A stretch of 64,000 bases of DNA from Felis catus (lineage: Eukaryota). The stretch is taken from contig NC_058368.1 of the NCBI RefSeq assembly GCF_018350175.1, forward strand, positions 155,870,001 through 155,934,000, given 5' to 3'. The position numbers were made by a program, and so were the translations under genes. The notes below the pieces were generated by a model. It was not told the origin of the DNA, made no database searches, and saw only the letters and a program-made list of their open reading frames with translations. This document shows positions 39,455 through 52,207 of this stretch, one piece after another; positions within the stretch are counted from its first letter, which is position 1; each line of letters starts with the position of its first letter.

Positions 39455-39690
39455 ACAGTTAACAATCCTATATTGCAAACTTGAAAGTTGCTAAGAGAGT
39501 AGATCTTAAAAGCTCTCATCACACACACACGTAGCAGGTTAACTACATGAGGTGATGGATGTGTTAACCAACCTTATTGTGGAATCATTCTGCCATATGT
39601 ATGTATATAAATCATTACATTGTATACCTTAGACTTACATAGTGTTACATGTCAATTATATCTAAAAACAAAACAAAACAAAACCAAACC
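39455..39690 (+). mobile_element. Old L1 extreme 3' end (L1MA/MB-like)
   Basis: aagttgctaagagagtagatcttaaa...gtcaattatatct hallmark. Confidence 0.8.
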
Positions 39691-41121
39691 TTGGAAAAAG
39701 CTCTAAATACTCCACAATGTTTAACACATATCCCCCCTTTAGATTTTGATCTCACTGAGGACAGGTATTGTGTCTGTCCCTAGCACATGTCTGGCATGTT
39801 TGGAACTCACTGATTATTTGCTGAATTTACAAATAAGAGATGGGGGTTGGGGGAGAAATTCACATTTTAAAGAATAATTTTCAAGATTCTCAAAATTATA
39901 TACCAATAATCATATTCTTTCTTATTTTATGATATAACCAAAAAATTTCACGTTGCAATTTACTTAAGTGATGATATGTATGTTACAAGAGTACTAATTA
40001 TTATCTGTGATCCTAAACCTTCTAGCAGCAGATGCAAAGCAGGTAAGCATGAAGCGAAAGCAATTTGTCTGTTGCTCTCTCATTCACTGTTAGATTTTTG
40101 CCCTCTCAAGTTATCTTCCATGGCTGTGGTACAGCTGGTGAAGCTAAATCAGGAACATTATAAATTCTCAATTTAGTTTTCCTAATAAAAATTCAGAGTT
40201 ATAACCTGCATGACCACAGATAAACACTACTGAAAATGTGGCCAGCAACCCGTTTGATACATTTGATATATATTAATATGTGCACTCAACATAGTTTATT
40301 TAGTATTATCTGATGGAGGTTAGGTTATAGGGAATAAAGTGGTAGAAGGTTTTTACTGATGTGAATTGGGACACAGTTGACACGTTGTATACTTCATGAT
40401 AACCACTGCTGTTTAAATATGGTTTCCTAGAAATAGTTGTAGTATAAACAAGATTCAAAACATCTCAGTTTGCAATTTCATTCTGTGAACTACACAAAGC
40501 AATTATCATATCTTCTTTCCTTCTATGATTCCAACAGAGAATCCACTAAGTATAAATAAAGCTATAAATAACTTGTCATGTGTAATCTTTATCCAGTCAG
40601 CATTTCAAAACATGAAAGAGTAGAATATTTCTTAGTTGCCCTGTTTGCTCAAAATATGGCATGAGCACTTATAATATGTACAGGGAAATATACAGAAGCC
40701 TAAGTTTCCTACATCTGCTTGTTTTTAGGTAGGTATTAAATAAAGACTAGATATAGATAATTTTGCAATTGAAGGCTTTCCACCTCCCATTCTGAATGCA
40801 ACGATGCAAGTATAAAATACATCACAAGACAAGTAAAACTGGGGTAATTCCCTGGGACCTTTAGAGATGATTTGGCCCCAAAGAATCTACGTTTACTAAG
40901 TCAGGCTCTGGAAATCCAGCTCATAATGCCCTTCTTGTGGTAAGTAGTGCCACAAGTACTTTTTGAATTGGTACCAAAGATTTGCGAGAAACCAAAAGAT
41001 TTACCCGAATTATAATTAAAATATCTATGTTATTCAGAAATTGCTCATCAGCAAAGGTTACTTCATAATAATCCTGGACAGCTTATAGTTCTGAGGCTGA
41101 AGCACAAAAAAATGTATGTTT

Positions 41122-41280
41122 GGGGGCACGTGCATGGTTCAGTCCATTCAGTAACTGACTCTTGATTTCGGCTCATGTCATGATCTCACAGTTGTGACAC
41201 TGAGCCCCACATTGGGCTCTATGCTGAGCATGAAGCCTACTTAAGATATTCACTCTCTCTCTCAAAAAGAAAAAAAAAAA
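41122..41280 (+). mobile_element. Can-SINE (older)
   Basis: Head with actcttgatttcggctca, short CT tract, A tail. Confidence 0.87.
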
Positions 41281-41669
41281 GAAGTTTGGAGGGTGTGTGT
41301 GCATATACATATCGGACTGGGGAAAAGGCACAAGAACAAGCATATCAGGCTAGAGCAGACACAGAAGACAAAGCCCAGGGTAATATGGGCTCATGGTACA
41401 TAGAAAATGGCATCTTCTACTGAGAATGTCATCGATGCTTGGATCAAAGCTGACATACCTGAATCCAATCTAACGCCTTCTGAAGTAATTTCTTAGTTTC
41501 CCAGTCAATGTGATATAGGAGGTTTGGTATGAGAAATTCAGCATTTTAATCTCAATTCTACCACCTACAAGGTGGGTTATCTTGAGAAAGTCATAACTTC
41601 CTTAAGAAAAATAACAGTACTTCCTTTTACAGGGCAATTAATGAAGATTATATCAAAGAATGTATGGAA

Positions 41670-41860
41670 GTGGCGCCTAGGTGGCTCAGTTGGTTGAGCG
41701 TCAGACTTGGGCTTAGGTCATGATCTCACAGCTCATGAGTTTGAGTCCCACATGGGGCTCAACTGCTGTCAGTGTGAAGCAGGCTTCAGATCTTCTGTCC
41801 TCTCTCTGCCCCACCCCCACTCGCATGCCTGCTCTCTCTCAAAAAATAAATGTTTAAAAA
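41670..41860 (+). mobile_element. Can-SINE
   Basis: ggcgcctaggtggctcagttgg head and aataaa tail. Confidence 0.88.
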
Positions 41861-42151
41861 AATGCATACACATTTTGAAAACAATAAATTTCTCTATAAA
41901 TATTAGTAATTCACATAATATCAAACAAAATTGGATTCCAATTAATTTGTACTCAAACACAAGGATACCCAAATTAGTCCAACTTCAAGGAATGAGAAAC
42001 TTCTGATGTGCACTGTTTGGATGAATTCTAAAAAGAAATAATAAAGCCCCATAATAAATACCTGTTGAGTTGACCTGGGTTTCCAAAACTATACTGAAGA
42101 TAATCATAATGAAATATAAATTAATTTTCTTCATATAATTTGTTTGTATTC

Positions 42152-42228
42152 TTTTTTTTTAAGTTTATTTATTTTGAGAGAGACAGAGCACAAGTGGAGG
42201 AGGGGCAGAGGGAGGAGAGGGAAGGGGA

Positions 42229-42270
<42 letters not shown>

Positions 42271-42415
42271 GACACAGACAGAGAGAATCCCAAGCAGCCT
42301 CTGGGCTGGCAGTGGAGAGTCTGATGTGAAGCTCAAACCCACAACACCGTGAGATCGTGACCTGAGCCGAAACCAAGAGTGAGACACTTAACCAAATGAG
42401 CCACCCAAGTGCCCC
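42152..42415 (-). mobile_element. Can-SINE
   Basis: Poly-T, (GA)n, reverse head; degenerate TSD gttt(g/a)ta(t/c)tctttt. Confidence 0.9.
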
Positions 42416-43093
42416 GTTTATACTCTTTTCTAATCTTATTAAATATGTGTCTGGAAAATGTCCAAGTATGTGAGTTCTAACTTCATTTAGGTAAAAATGT
42501 ATCCCAAAAATACTGTTCTAAATATCTCCTAAATAGCATATGTTGGTCACAAAGTTAACAAGTGCTTTCATACCCATTACTTTATTAGGTTATCACCACA
42601 ACTGTCAGGGAAAGGAAGGGTTGACATATCTGCATTTTACAGAGATGAGGCATCATGGGATATACGAAAAGCAAAGTAACCTGGGTCAGGCATGCCAGAT
42701 CGGCAAGCGATGGTTGGGATTTTAACTCTAGTCTTCTGGATAGGAGCTCCTACTTATGAGCTCCTTTACCTGCATGGTGGAGCCATACTATTTAACTTCA
42801 ATCAAAAAAACTATTCCAGTTTCAACTTCTCATTTATCCTATAGGAAGTTTTCACTTTTGTGTACTAATTTATATTATCAGCAAGTAGTCCAATATGGAG
42901 TCTGAGTAAGTTGGACATAGTTAATTACATATAGATGACAGCTGTCAACCAAAACTGTCTCAGTCTATTTGGTTTGCTGTTCAGAATTAAGATTGATAAA
43001 AACACTCCTCATCATTCCTGACAATACTTTTGGTAAATCAAATATCTAAAAGAAAAAGTCAAAAGGTAAGGAATATCATATACAAAGATTTTA

Positions 43094-43308
43094 AATTTTT
43101 GTTTAACGTTTATTTATTTTTGAGACAGAGAGAAACAGAGCATGAACGGGGGAGGGGTCAGAGAGAAAGGGAGACACAGAATCCAAAACAGGCTCCAGGT
43201 TCTGAGCAGTCAGCACAGAGCCCGACACGGGGCTCAAACTCACGGACCGCGAGATCGTGACCTGAGCCAAAGTCAGACGCTTAACCGACTGAGCCACCCA
43301 GGTGCCCC
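43094..43308 (-). mobile_element. Young SINEC_Fc-type SINE
   Basis: Perfect 18-bp TSD tcatatacaaagatttta. Confidence 0.96.
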
Positions 43309-43958
43309 TCATATACAAAGATTTTAGAAGAAACTAATGATGTACTACCATGCCTTTTAACAGGTTCCAAAACTGGAAGTCATCTGGATAGGTTTCACAT
43401 TACTATTTGCCTAGCAAAAAGACAAACTAAACAAGACTAGAATGAAATACTTAGAGTATCTGCAAGACAATGCTAAAGCTGACGCTAAAAAATTAAACAA
43501 GGACTAAGTTCTCAATTTTGAAGCCCCTCAAAAGAAAAACTACTTTAAGCAATCTTTTATGAAGTTTTCATAATATGGAGCAGAAATAGCAGAGCTATGG
43601 ATGAGGACAAAATAATTCTCAAAAAGATATTCTCAAAATTTTGCAAAAACAGAACATGTAAAACAAATAACCTCCTTTATATGGGCCAAATATAAATGTC
43701 ATGTAAGCTACTTAACAGACTTTAATTCTATGGTAAACATAAATAATATTATAAATATACATAACTCCAGGTCAAATTAAACAAAGAGAAATTAACTATA
43801 TTCATAAGATTTCAAAGTAGCCAATACCATGAAATAGCAGTAATAACTTACTTGCAAAGTCTACATCACATTTTCTCATTCCATATATATGCTTACCAGC
43901 ATCTCTGCTAAACCATGTGAACTAAAGGTTAAACCTAGATTTTAAAATATAATATGCA

Positions 43959-44580
43959 TGTGGTAGACACTAAGGTGAACCCTCCCCCCGCCCCGAGATG
44001 CACCTTCAAGGAGAACTTGCTACTCAGCAGCATGGAGTACAGTTAGCAAAGAGCCTCCAACTGTTCCCCACTTCAAAGTCTGCCTCAGATGCCGAGAGCT
44101 GTCTCACTCAAGGTGGTGCCTTTCCCAGGTTGAGTGTCTCAGTCGCTGACCGAGCCCAGGGGGAATATGAAGGCCTGCCTCTGACAGGCAATATTTGCTG
44201 TGGGGCTCATCTTCAGGTTGGTAGAGGTTTGGTCAGGCCTGCATTAAGTTCAACTTCTCTATCCGACCAATCCTGTTGTCTTCCTTCTTCTCCTAAGTGT
44301 TGGTCTTTTTTTTTTTTTTTTTTTTTGAGAGAGAGAGAAAGAATGTGAGCGGGGGAGGGGCACAGAGAGGGAGAGAGAATCCGAAGCAGACTCCAGTTTC
44401 TGAGCTGTTAGCACAGAGCCCAATGTGGGGCTCGAACTCACGAACCATGAGATCATGACCTGAGCCAAAGTCAGACGCTCAACCCACTGAGCCACCCAGG
44501 TGCCCCAAGTGTTGGTCTTCCACATCTTTCACACCAAATTTTATCTCAGCACCTGTTTCTAAAAAATCCAATCTGTGACA
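43959..44580 (+). mobile_element. LTR16-like ERVL solo LTR containing a SINE
   Basis: TG...CA ends (tgtggtagacac ... aatctgtgaca) and gagagctgtctcactcaaggt motif. Confidence 0.65.
44308..44506 (-). mobile_element. Can-SINE nested in the LTR
   Basis: TSD aagtgttggtctt. Confidence 0.94.
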
Positions 44581-44634
44581 CTGTACTTTTCTTAATATTT
44601 TTTCTGGAAGTTAAAATAGTTTCATTATGTTAAG

Positions 44635-45630
44635 AGACAAGATGCATCCAGAATATATAATGAACTCTGGCAACTCAACAATAAAGAAAAATAACCTAAC
44701 TTTAAAAATGAACAAAGGATATGAATAGGCATTTCTCCAAAGAAGATATCCAAATGACGAAACAGCACCCAAAAAAGACATGCTCAACATCCTTAGCCAT
44801 TAGAAAAATGAAAATCAAAACCATAGTAAGATACCACTTCAAACCCTCAGGCAAGGTTATAATAAATAAGAAAGATAATAGCAAGTATTGGTGAGAATGT
44901 AGAGAAACTGAAATCTTCATACATTGTTATGTATTACGTAAACTGGCATACACTCATTTTAGAAAAGTTCGGCAGTTCCCTAAAATGTTAAACATAGATT
45001 TACCATATGACCCAGCAATTCCACTTCTAGGTATATACCCAAGAGAAATGAAAACACATGTCCACACCAAAACTTAAACACAAATGTTCACAAACGCATT
45101 ATTCATAATTTCCAGAAAGTAAATGCCTATCAAGTGATGACTGGATAAACAAATTTGGTATATCCATACACTAGAATATTATTCACTCATAAAAAATGAA
45201 GTATTGATACATGCTACAACATGAATAACCTTGAAAACATTAGGCTAAATAAATCAGTTACAAAAGACCGTATATTATAGATTTCCATTTATAAGAAATG
45301 ACAAGAATAAGCAAATAAATCCACAGAAAGAGAGAAAGTAAATTAATGGGTTTGGGGTGTTGCAGGAGGGGAGTAAAAAGTGATTGCTAATGGGGAGGTT
45401 TCTTGTCATTTTTTTTTAAGTTTATTTTATTTTGAGAGAGAGCATGCATGCACATGCACGAAGGGAGAAGACGGAAAGAATCCCAAGTAGGCTCCTCCTT
45501 GCCAGCACAGAGGCCGACACAGGGCTTGAACTCATGAAACCTGAGATCTTGACCTGAGCCAAAATCAAGAGTCAGACGCTTAACCAAGTGGGCCACCCAA
45601 ATGCCTCACAAGGTTTCTTTTCGAGGTGAT
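44635..45630 (+). mobile_element. Old L1 3' part (L1MB-like)
   Basis: catttctccaaagaagatat and tatgacccagcaattccacttctagg motifs. Confidence 0.85.
45409..45607 (-). mobile_element. Can-SINE in the old L1
   Basis: Reverse head and poly-T; TSD aggtttctt. Confidence 0.88.
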
Positions 45631-47557
45631 GATTCCAATAGTGCAAAAGAGATACACTAGAGTAGTGTACCTCACTGCATATTAAATGGTTCTCTCTCTC
45701 CATCTCTTCTGTATAGCTAAATGCCAAACGTCAAGGCACAGCACAGAAAGGGAACAGGCTTGCCCCTTTCACTCAATCTTCTCTATTCCTTCTAAGAAAC
45801 AGGAGTGATAAGTGGGCTTTAGGCAGACTCAAAGAACTTCCCTCTTCAGATGTTCCTACCATCCCTCCCACCAGAACCAGGCTAGGAACCATCTAGGCCT
45901 GCTCTATCTAAACATTAGGGGCAAACACAGTATTTCCCAGGTATAAAAGGTAAACATCATATATAAAGGTTTTATAATTCACAGTGCTCTAGTCTAGCTT
46001 CTTCTAATTCTGTGCATTGGGAGTTCTCTGTCAATGGTAATTTGCCTCCCTGGCCTGTCATTATTCCTTACATACTTCTTCCAATGATTCACTGATTCAC
46101 TTCAGTTATGATTTGTTAATTCCTTGGCCACATACTACTTAGTAACACCCCAATGTTATGCAATTTCTAACAAGGAATGAAATTTAATAATAACTGCTTT
46201 ATTAGTGTTATTGTTATCAGAACTGATCCCACATACTCTATTAACTTACTTCAAAGTTAACAGAAGTTAACAGAAGTTTGCTATACAAACAAAAATAAAA
46301 ACTTAAGCAGAGGATCAAGCAATTTACTCTTAACGCCTGTAAACCACACTAATAACACTAGCAATAAAGTTTAATGGTAAAGTTAAGCTTCTGGAGACCA
46401 CAATTGTACTGCAAATAAGGCATATAAGTACCACTCAGATTCAATGTCTACTGACAGTGCACTCCTTGTTATTTATTTAAGGGGAAAATGTCTGTGAAGG
46501 GTGACTTTACATAAACATGTTAACAAGTGGGAGTATTATCATTTAAGTGCCTTCGAAATGGATTTCTTTTTCACTTCTGGAATTTCCCAATTCTTTATAA
46601 AGTGATAGCACTTTCCAGAATTTCACGTTTGTACCATATTTCAACAATGCCCAATCCTGAAACCAACAGCAATGAATTCAGAAAGATTTGGAGAGGCTCT
46701 ATACTGTTGTGATACTACAAAATCTGATCTTAAAAAAAAGAATTAGGAATTTGAAATCTCAAGTCATCCTTTTAAACTACCATATTAGTTACATTGGTTA
46801 TTTACTTCATTCAGAAAATAATACACACAATTCATACCTTGCCTAAATTAACAAAGGATTTCAGACAACAAATTCTCTTATTTCAAAAGCAAAAGGATCT
46901 GAGCCCTCTTGGCGTCCACAAAATATGTTTTTTCCCCAACAAAAGACAACCTTACTTAGCCACATGACACTGAAGTTGTCAGTACAAGGGCACTTTGTGA
47001 AATGTTAAGTCATTTATGTATTAGACTTATGCTTAAACACAGTATGCCAGATAGCTCTCATTACTATTGTCTACTTCTGCAAAAGTTGGTAGAATCCCTT
47101 CCTATCATCATGAGAGTCAAGAATTTTACAACTAGATTTCATTTTCAACATTATAGCTCTGTCCTTTGAGCGACCCTCCTGTTGAAAATAACTGGGAAGG
47201 TACATTACAAAACTAAGAATACCTAGAAATATCACTAAATTAACATAAAGGAAGAAATAATAACAATTTCAATATCTGCAGAAAAAGTAATAAAATTCAA
47301 TACTCATATTAGGAAGAAAAGTCATAGTAAACTGGGAAAAAGGAACACCCTTAACATAAAAAAGAGATTCAACAAAACAAAAATACAGTAAAACTGCTCT
47401 TCATGGTAATATATTAAAAACATTCTCTTTAAAATCAGGTACCAGAAAAGAATGCCCATCATTACCACTTTACTATTTCCACTTCTAATCAAAGTTTTCT
47501 GGGCGCTCTTATAGTACAATAAGTTATAGAAAAGAAAACAAAAAATATACAAGGATT

Positions 47558-47770
47558 GGGGGCACCTGGGTGGCTCAGTTGGTTGAGTGTCCAACTTCCG
47601 TTGAGGTTATGGTCTGGTTCATGAGTTCAAGGCCCGCATCCAGCTCTGTGCTGACAGCTCAGAGCCTGGAGCCTGCTTCAGATTCTGTGTCTCCCTCTCT
47701 CTCTGCCCCTCCCCCACTCATGCTCTGCCTCTCTCTCACAAAAATAAACACAAAAAAAATTTTGTTTAAA
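47558..47770 (+). mobile_element. Can-SINE (SINEC_Fc-like)
   Basis: Head, CT tract, tail. Confidence 0.92.
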
Positions 47771-47884
47771 TACATATATATAGATTGAGAAGAGAAAGTT
47801 ACTATTTGTAGATAGTATGACTATCTAAAACAACAACAAAACAAGAGCCAAGAAACAAGATTTTCTAGAATCAAAAAACAAGAT

Positions 47885-48356
47885 GGGGCACCTGGGTGGC
47901 TCAGTCAGTTAAGCATATGAATCTTGATTTCAGCTCAGCTTCTGATCCCATGGTCTTGAGATTGAGCCCACCTCAGGATCAGCACTGGGTGTGGAGCCTG
48001 CTTAAGATTCTCTCACTCATATGTGGAATTTAAGAAACAAAATAGATGACCATAGGGGAAGGGAAGGAAAAATAAGATAAAAACAGAGAGTGAGGCAAAC
48101 CACAAGAGACTCTTAAGTATAGAGAACCTACTGGGGATTGCTGGAGGGGAGATAGATGGGGGGATGGGCTAAGTAGGTGATAGACACTAAGGAGGGCACT
48201 TGTTGGGATGAGCACTGGGAGTTATATGTAAGTGATGGATCACTGGATTCTACTCCTGAAACCAATACTAACTACTCTGTATGGTGACTAACTTGAATTT
48301 AAATAATTAAAAAAAAAAAATATATCTCCCTCTTCCTCTGCCCCTCCCTTGCTCAG
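47885..48356 (+). mobile_element. Older Can-SINE split by an L1 3'UTR fragment (about 48013-48320)
   Basis: SINE head to aagattctctc, then L1 3'UTR with A tail, then the SINE CT tract resumes. Confidence 0.85.
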
Positions 48357-48967
48357 ATGTAGAATAAAAAGAATTTAGCAGGATGGCTAAAGTAATTTAT
48401 ATATAAAAATAAACTGTATCAATACCAGCAACAACCAGTTGTAAAACATAGTTAAAAAAAAAACACCATTTATAATCGCAAAAAATAAAAATCTACATAG
48501 TAAGAATAAATCTAACACAAGGTATGTTAAATCTATAAGCACAAAATGAGAAAATGTTATTGAAAGACATTAATGAAGAATGAAATACACGAAGAGATAT
48601 ACCATATTCATGGACAGAAAAACCCAATCCTGTAAAGATATCAATTTTCCTCTGATAAATGGATTTAATATAATTCCTCTCAAACCCAAAAGAACTTAAA
48701 AAAAAAAAAACTAATTCAAAAAGTTCTATAAAAAAAAAAAATGGCCAAGAAGAGCTAAGACACTCCTAAAGAAGCATATGTTAGGAAGACTTACCTTACT
48801 AGGTATTACCAAAGCTAACCAAGTAAGTCATTAGTATTGGAATAAACAAACTGAGACAGAACTACAAAACAGATCCACAAAACAGATTCGTGTGACACAG
48901 ATGATACTAACATATCACTGGGGAAAGAATGGACTTTTCAATAATTGGAACAACTGGTTAACCACAT

Positions 48968-49022
<55 letters not shown>

Positions 49023-49063
49023 GAAAGAAAGAAAGAAAGAAAGAGAAAGAAAGAAAGAAAGAA

Positions 49064-49107
<44 letters not shown>

Positions 49108-49114
49108 AAAGAAA
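48968..49114 (+). repeat. (GAAA)n compound microsatellite
   Basis: About 145 bp of pure purine, mostly GAAA. Confidence 0.99.
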
Positions 49115-49389
49115 GAGGAAAAATTAGATACCTACCTCATTCCATTCATAGAGATCAATTTTGAATGCATTAGGGCATAAATGTGAAAAACAAAACTTTA
49201 AGCTTTTTAGGAGAAAAATATAGGAGACTACCGTTTTGATGTTCGGGCAGGGAATAAAAATGTGATGAGATATTATTTTACCCTCACTAGACTAGAAAAA
49301 AGTAAGAAATCTGACAATGTCAAAAGTAAGAACCAACAGAGCTTAATGAAGATTCTTATTCACATTGCTGATCAAAATATAAATTAGTA

Positions 49390-49497
49390 GGAGCACCTGG
49401 CTAGCTCAATCAAAAGAACATGCAACTCTTGACCTCGGGTTATGAGTTTGAGCACCACAATGGAGTGTAGAGATTACTTAAACAAACATAAAAAAAT
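49390..49497 (+). mobile_element. Short tRNA-derived carnivore SINE
   Basis: Same layout as 23001, ending gtgtagagattactta plus A tail. Confidence 0.8.
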
Positions 49498-49679
49498 ATA
49501 CATATATGTACAAAAAATTTACAAAAATTGGCATGAGACTTCCAAAGTAAACATTCTTATAATTTTTAACCCAACAAACAATCGCATATTTTGGGTCACT
49601 ACTTGGTCCTGTACGTCAATATCATGAAACAGGTATCTCAATGTTCACAAAATGTTCATGTCATCAAAAAAGCCAGTTT

Positions 49680-50127
49680 TTTTCATGATCGATAACTATG
49701 TAACAAATTATCTCAAAATGTAGTTGCCAAAAACAGTAAACATTTATAATCTCTCATGGTATCAGTGGATCACAAATTTAAGAGCAGCCCAGCTTGGAGG
49801 TTCTGACTCAGGCTCGTGAGGTTTCAGTGAAGATACATTGGCCAAATCTGGCTAGATCCAGAGGCGGCTCACTCACCCAAATAAATTATTGATATTAGTT
49901 GTTAGAAGCCTCAATACCTCCCACATGGGAGTCTTCACAGGTCTCCTTGAGGATAACCATGACATGGCTTCTGAGAGAGAGCCAGGAGAGCAAGGAAAAC
50001 ACTGCCAAGGTTTCAACATCACTTCCCCAATACTCAACTGGTACAGAGGACAAACCTATTCAATGAACAAAAGCATGGATATCAAGAAGAAAAAATCATT
50101 GGGGACCATCTTAAAGTCTGCCAACCG
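49680..50127 (-). mobile_element. MLT1 (MaLR) solo LTR
   Basis: tgtaacaaattatctcaaa start and tcattggggaccatctt end. Confidence 0.7.
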
Positions 50128-51048
50128 AAACTGGAAAGGGCTGTTCTTCAATTTCAGGAGGGCAAATCTACTGTAGCATATTAATAGAGATGAATACTAC
50201 ATAGTAGTGAAAGTGGATAAACCATAACCACACTCAAAAATACGGATAAATTTTCCAGATTTTTAAATAATATTGAGTTAACAACAAAGTCTCAGGAAAC
50301 TACATACATTATAATAACATTTATATGGAGCTCAAAACGAAACGAAACTACAACAATTTAAAGGTATCAAAATTTAGGTAATAAAACTGTAAGAAAAATC
50401 AAGAGAAAAAAACACACAATTCAGAACAGTGATCACCTCTGGGAAGGTGGAAGGGGCATGAGATCAGGAGAGACATATAGGTCAATTCTAGTTATTGACA
50501 GTGCTTTGAGCCTTGGATTGAATGATGAATTTACAGCTGTTCATCATATCATTATGGCTTATAGCTTGCAGAAGCATTACAGGGTGGACACTTTTAAATC
50601 ACACAGGTCCTGGCTGCATATAACTTTTTTGTTTATCAACAATGTATTTTTAAATAAGTAATAAAGAAAAGCATTAAAATAAAAAGAATATTGTAACTAA
50701 TTTTAGTAGCACTGCCTTTTGTAATTTGTTCTTTGGGGCATTTTCCTCTAAACATAATGTTGAGAGTCCAGTCTCGTGTATTTAATCAGAAATTTGGGTG
50801 TCCTGCTGGTGAATAAACCCTAGTAGAAGCAGTTATAAGGCAAAAGAATAAACAGGTATTGAGTAAACCTCAGAGCAGCTATATATCGATGAAATATGGT
50901 ATCACTAAAATCCAATTGATTCATTGCCTGTTTTAAAATGGAACTAATATTCTGAATAAAAATTGATTTCCTCAGAAACTTTGGTACAAGCTACTTAAAA
51001 GATAAACTGCAAATATTTTTAAAACATCTATTAGAAATAATAACATCT

Positions 51049-51258
51049 GGGGCGCCTGAGTGGCTCAGTCGGTTGGGCGGCCGACTTCACCTCAGGTCAT
51101 GATCTCGCGGTCCGTGAGTTCGAGCCCCGCGTCGTGCTCTGTGCTGACAGCTCTGAGCCTGGAACCTGTTTCGGATTCTGTGTCTCCCTCTCTCTGACCC
51201 TCCCCCGTTCATGCTCTGTCTCTCTCTGTCTCAAAAATAAATAAATGTTTAAAAAAAT
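51049..51258 (+). mobile_element. Young SINEC_Fc-type SINE
   Basis: CpG-rich; TSD aataataacatc. Confidence 0.95.
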
Positions 51259-52152
51259 AATAATAACATCCAACAACTTTATAATATTTAAGAATATAAC
51301 TATGAATTTCTGACAATATCAACTGTCATTTATGTTTTTGTTCATTGCTTGGCATACTGCCTCTAATAAGTATAACAAGTAAATCTGCCTTTGAGGCATA
51401 TACAAGCAATTAAAATCTTTTAATGCTGGCATAAGAGGCAGTTATAAGCAACTGGAAAATGAAAGATGGGTACTAAGAATTGAATTCAGAATAATATGTC
51501 CCGTTGACTATGAACGGATGGACTCCAGTCACAAAAGACTATTTCCCACAGAGTATCATCTGCCAATCTTTCAACATGACACAAAAATGGGCTTTTCTGT
51601 GAAAAACAATAACAACTTTCCTTGTTTTCCAAAATAAGGTGAAAAAGGAAAATGCTGTAACAGCAGCCACTGGAGGGAGGACTTGATGTTAGAATGAGAA
51701 TAAAACAAGCATAAAATATTTTATCTGGTGCTTTGTCTGAACATAACATTTTGTTAAACTCATTTCTATTTGTTTAAATGACAAATGCTGAAAACACTGC
51801 TTTTTCTGCATGAGAGTTAAACTTCCTTTCACTGAAAAACAGATGTTGATTCCACCATCTTTTATTGGCACACAAATTAGCAGTAGGAAAATTAGAAAGC
51901 TGCCTAGACTAACAAGAATTAGCACCAATGCTTAGTCAAACTATATACTTAAAGGCCTGTACTTGATTTTTAGTAAGTTTATATTTTGTTCATTTGATAC
52001 ATTATCCACTAATTTTGCTCTAAGACTTCAGGTATTACTTAGTCCCTACCTGAAATCTGACTTGTAGCATTGCTCTTCATGTAACTGAAGGGTTTGGTTT
52101 AGTTTCTAATGAAAATATTCATGTATTTTAATATTTGTTGATGTAAACCTGG

Positions 52153-52156
<4 letters not shown>

Positions 52157-52204
<48 letters not shown>

Positions 52205-52207
52205 ACA
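52157..52207. repeat. (CA)n microsatellite
   Basis: Near-perfect CA run. Confidence 0.99.

Larger units (their letters stand above)
47200..49380 (+). mobile_element. Very old L1 ORF2 remnants interrupted by SINEs, an L1 3' end and (GAAA)n
   Basis: aaatcaggtaccagaaaagaatgccca and agatataccatattcatgga remnants. Confidence 0.65.

Noticed and set aside
48945..49127. Lys/Glu/Arg-rich ORF, and similar ER-, SL-, CV- and YI-repeat ORFs elsewhere
   Set aside because: Translations of microsatellites or SINE (CT)n tracts.
51049..51200. CpG-rich patches as a FAM172A promoter island
   Set aside because: The CpGs are confined to young SINE bodies; no CpG island is visible in the window.
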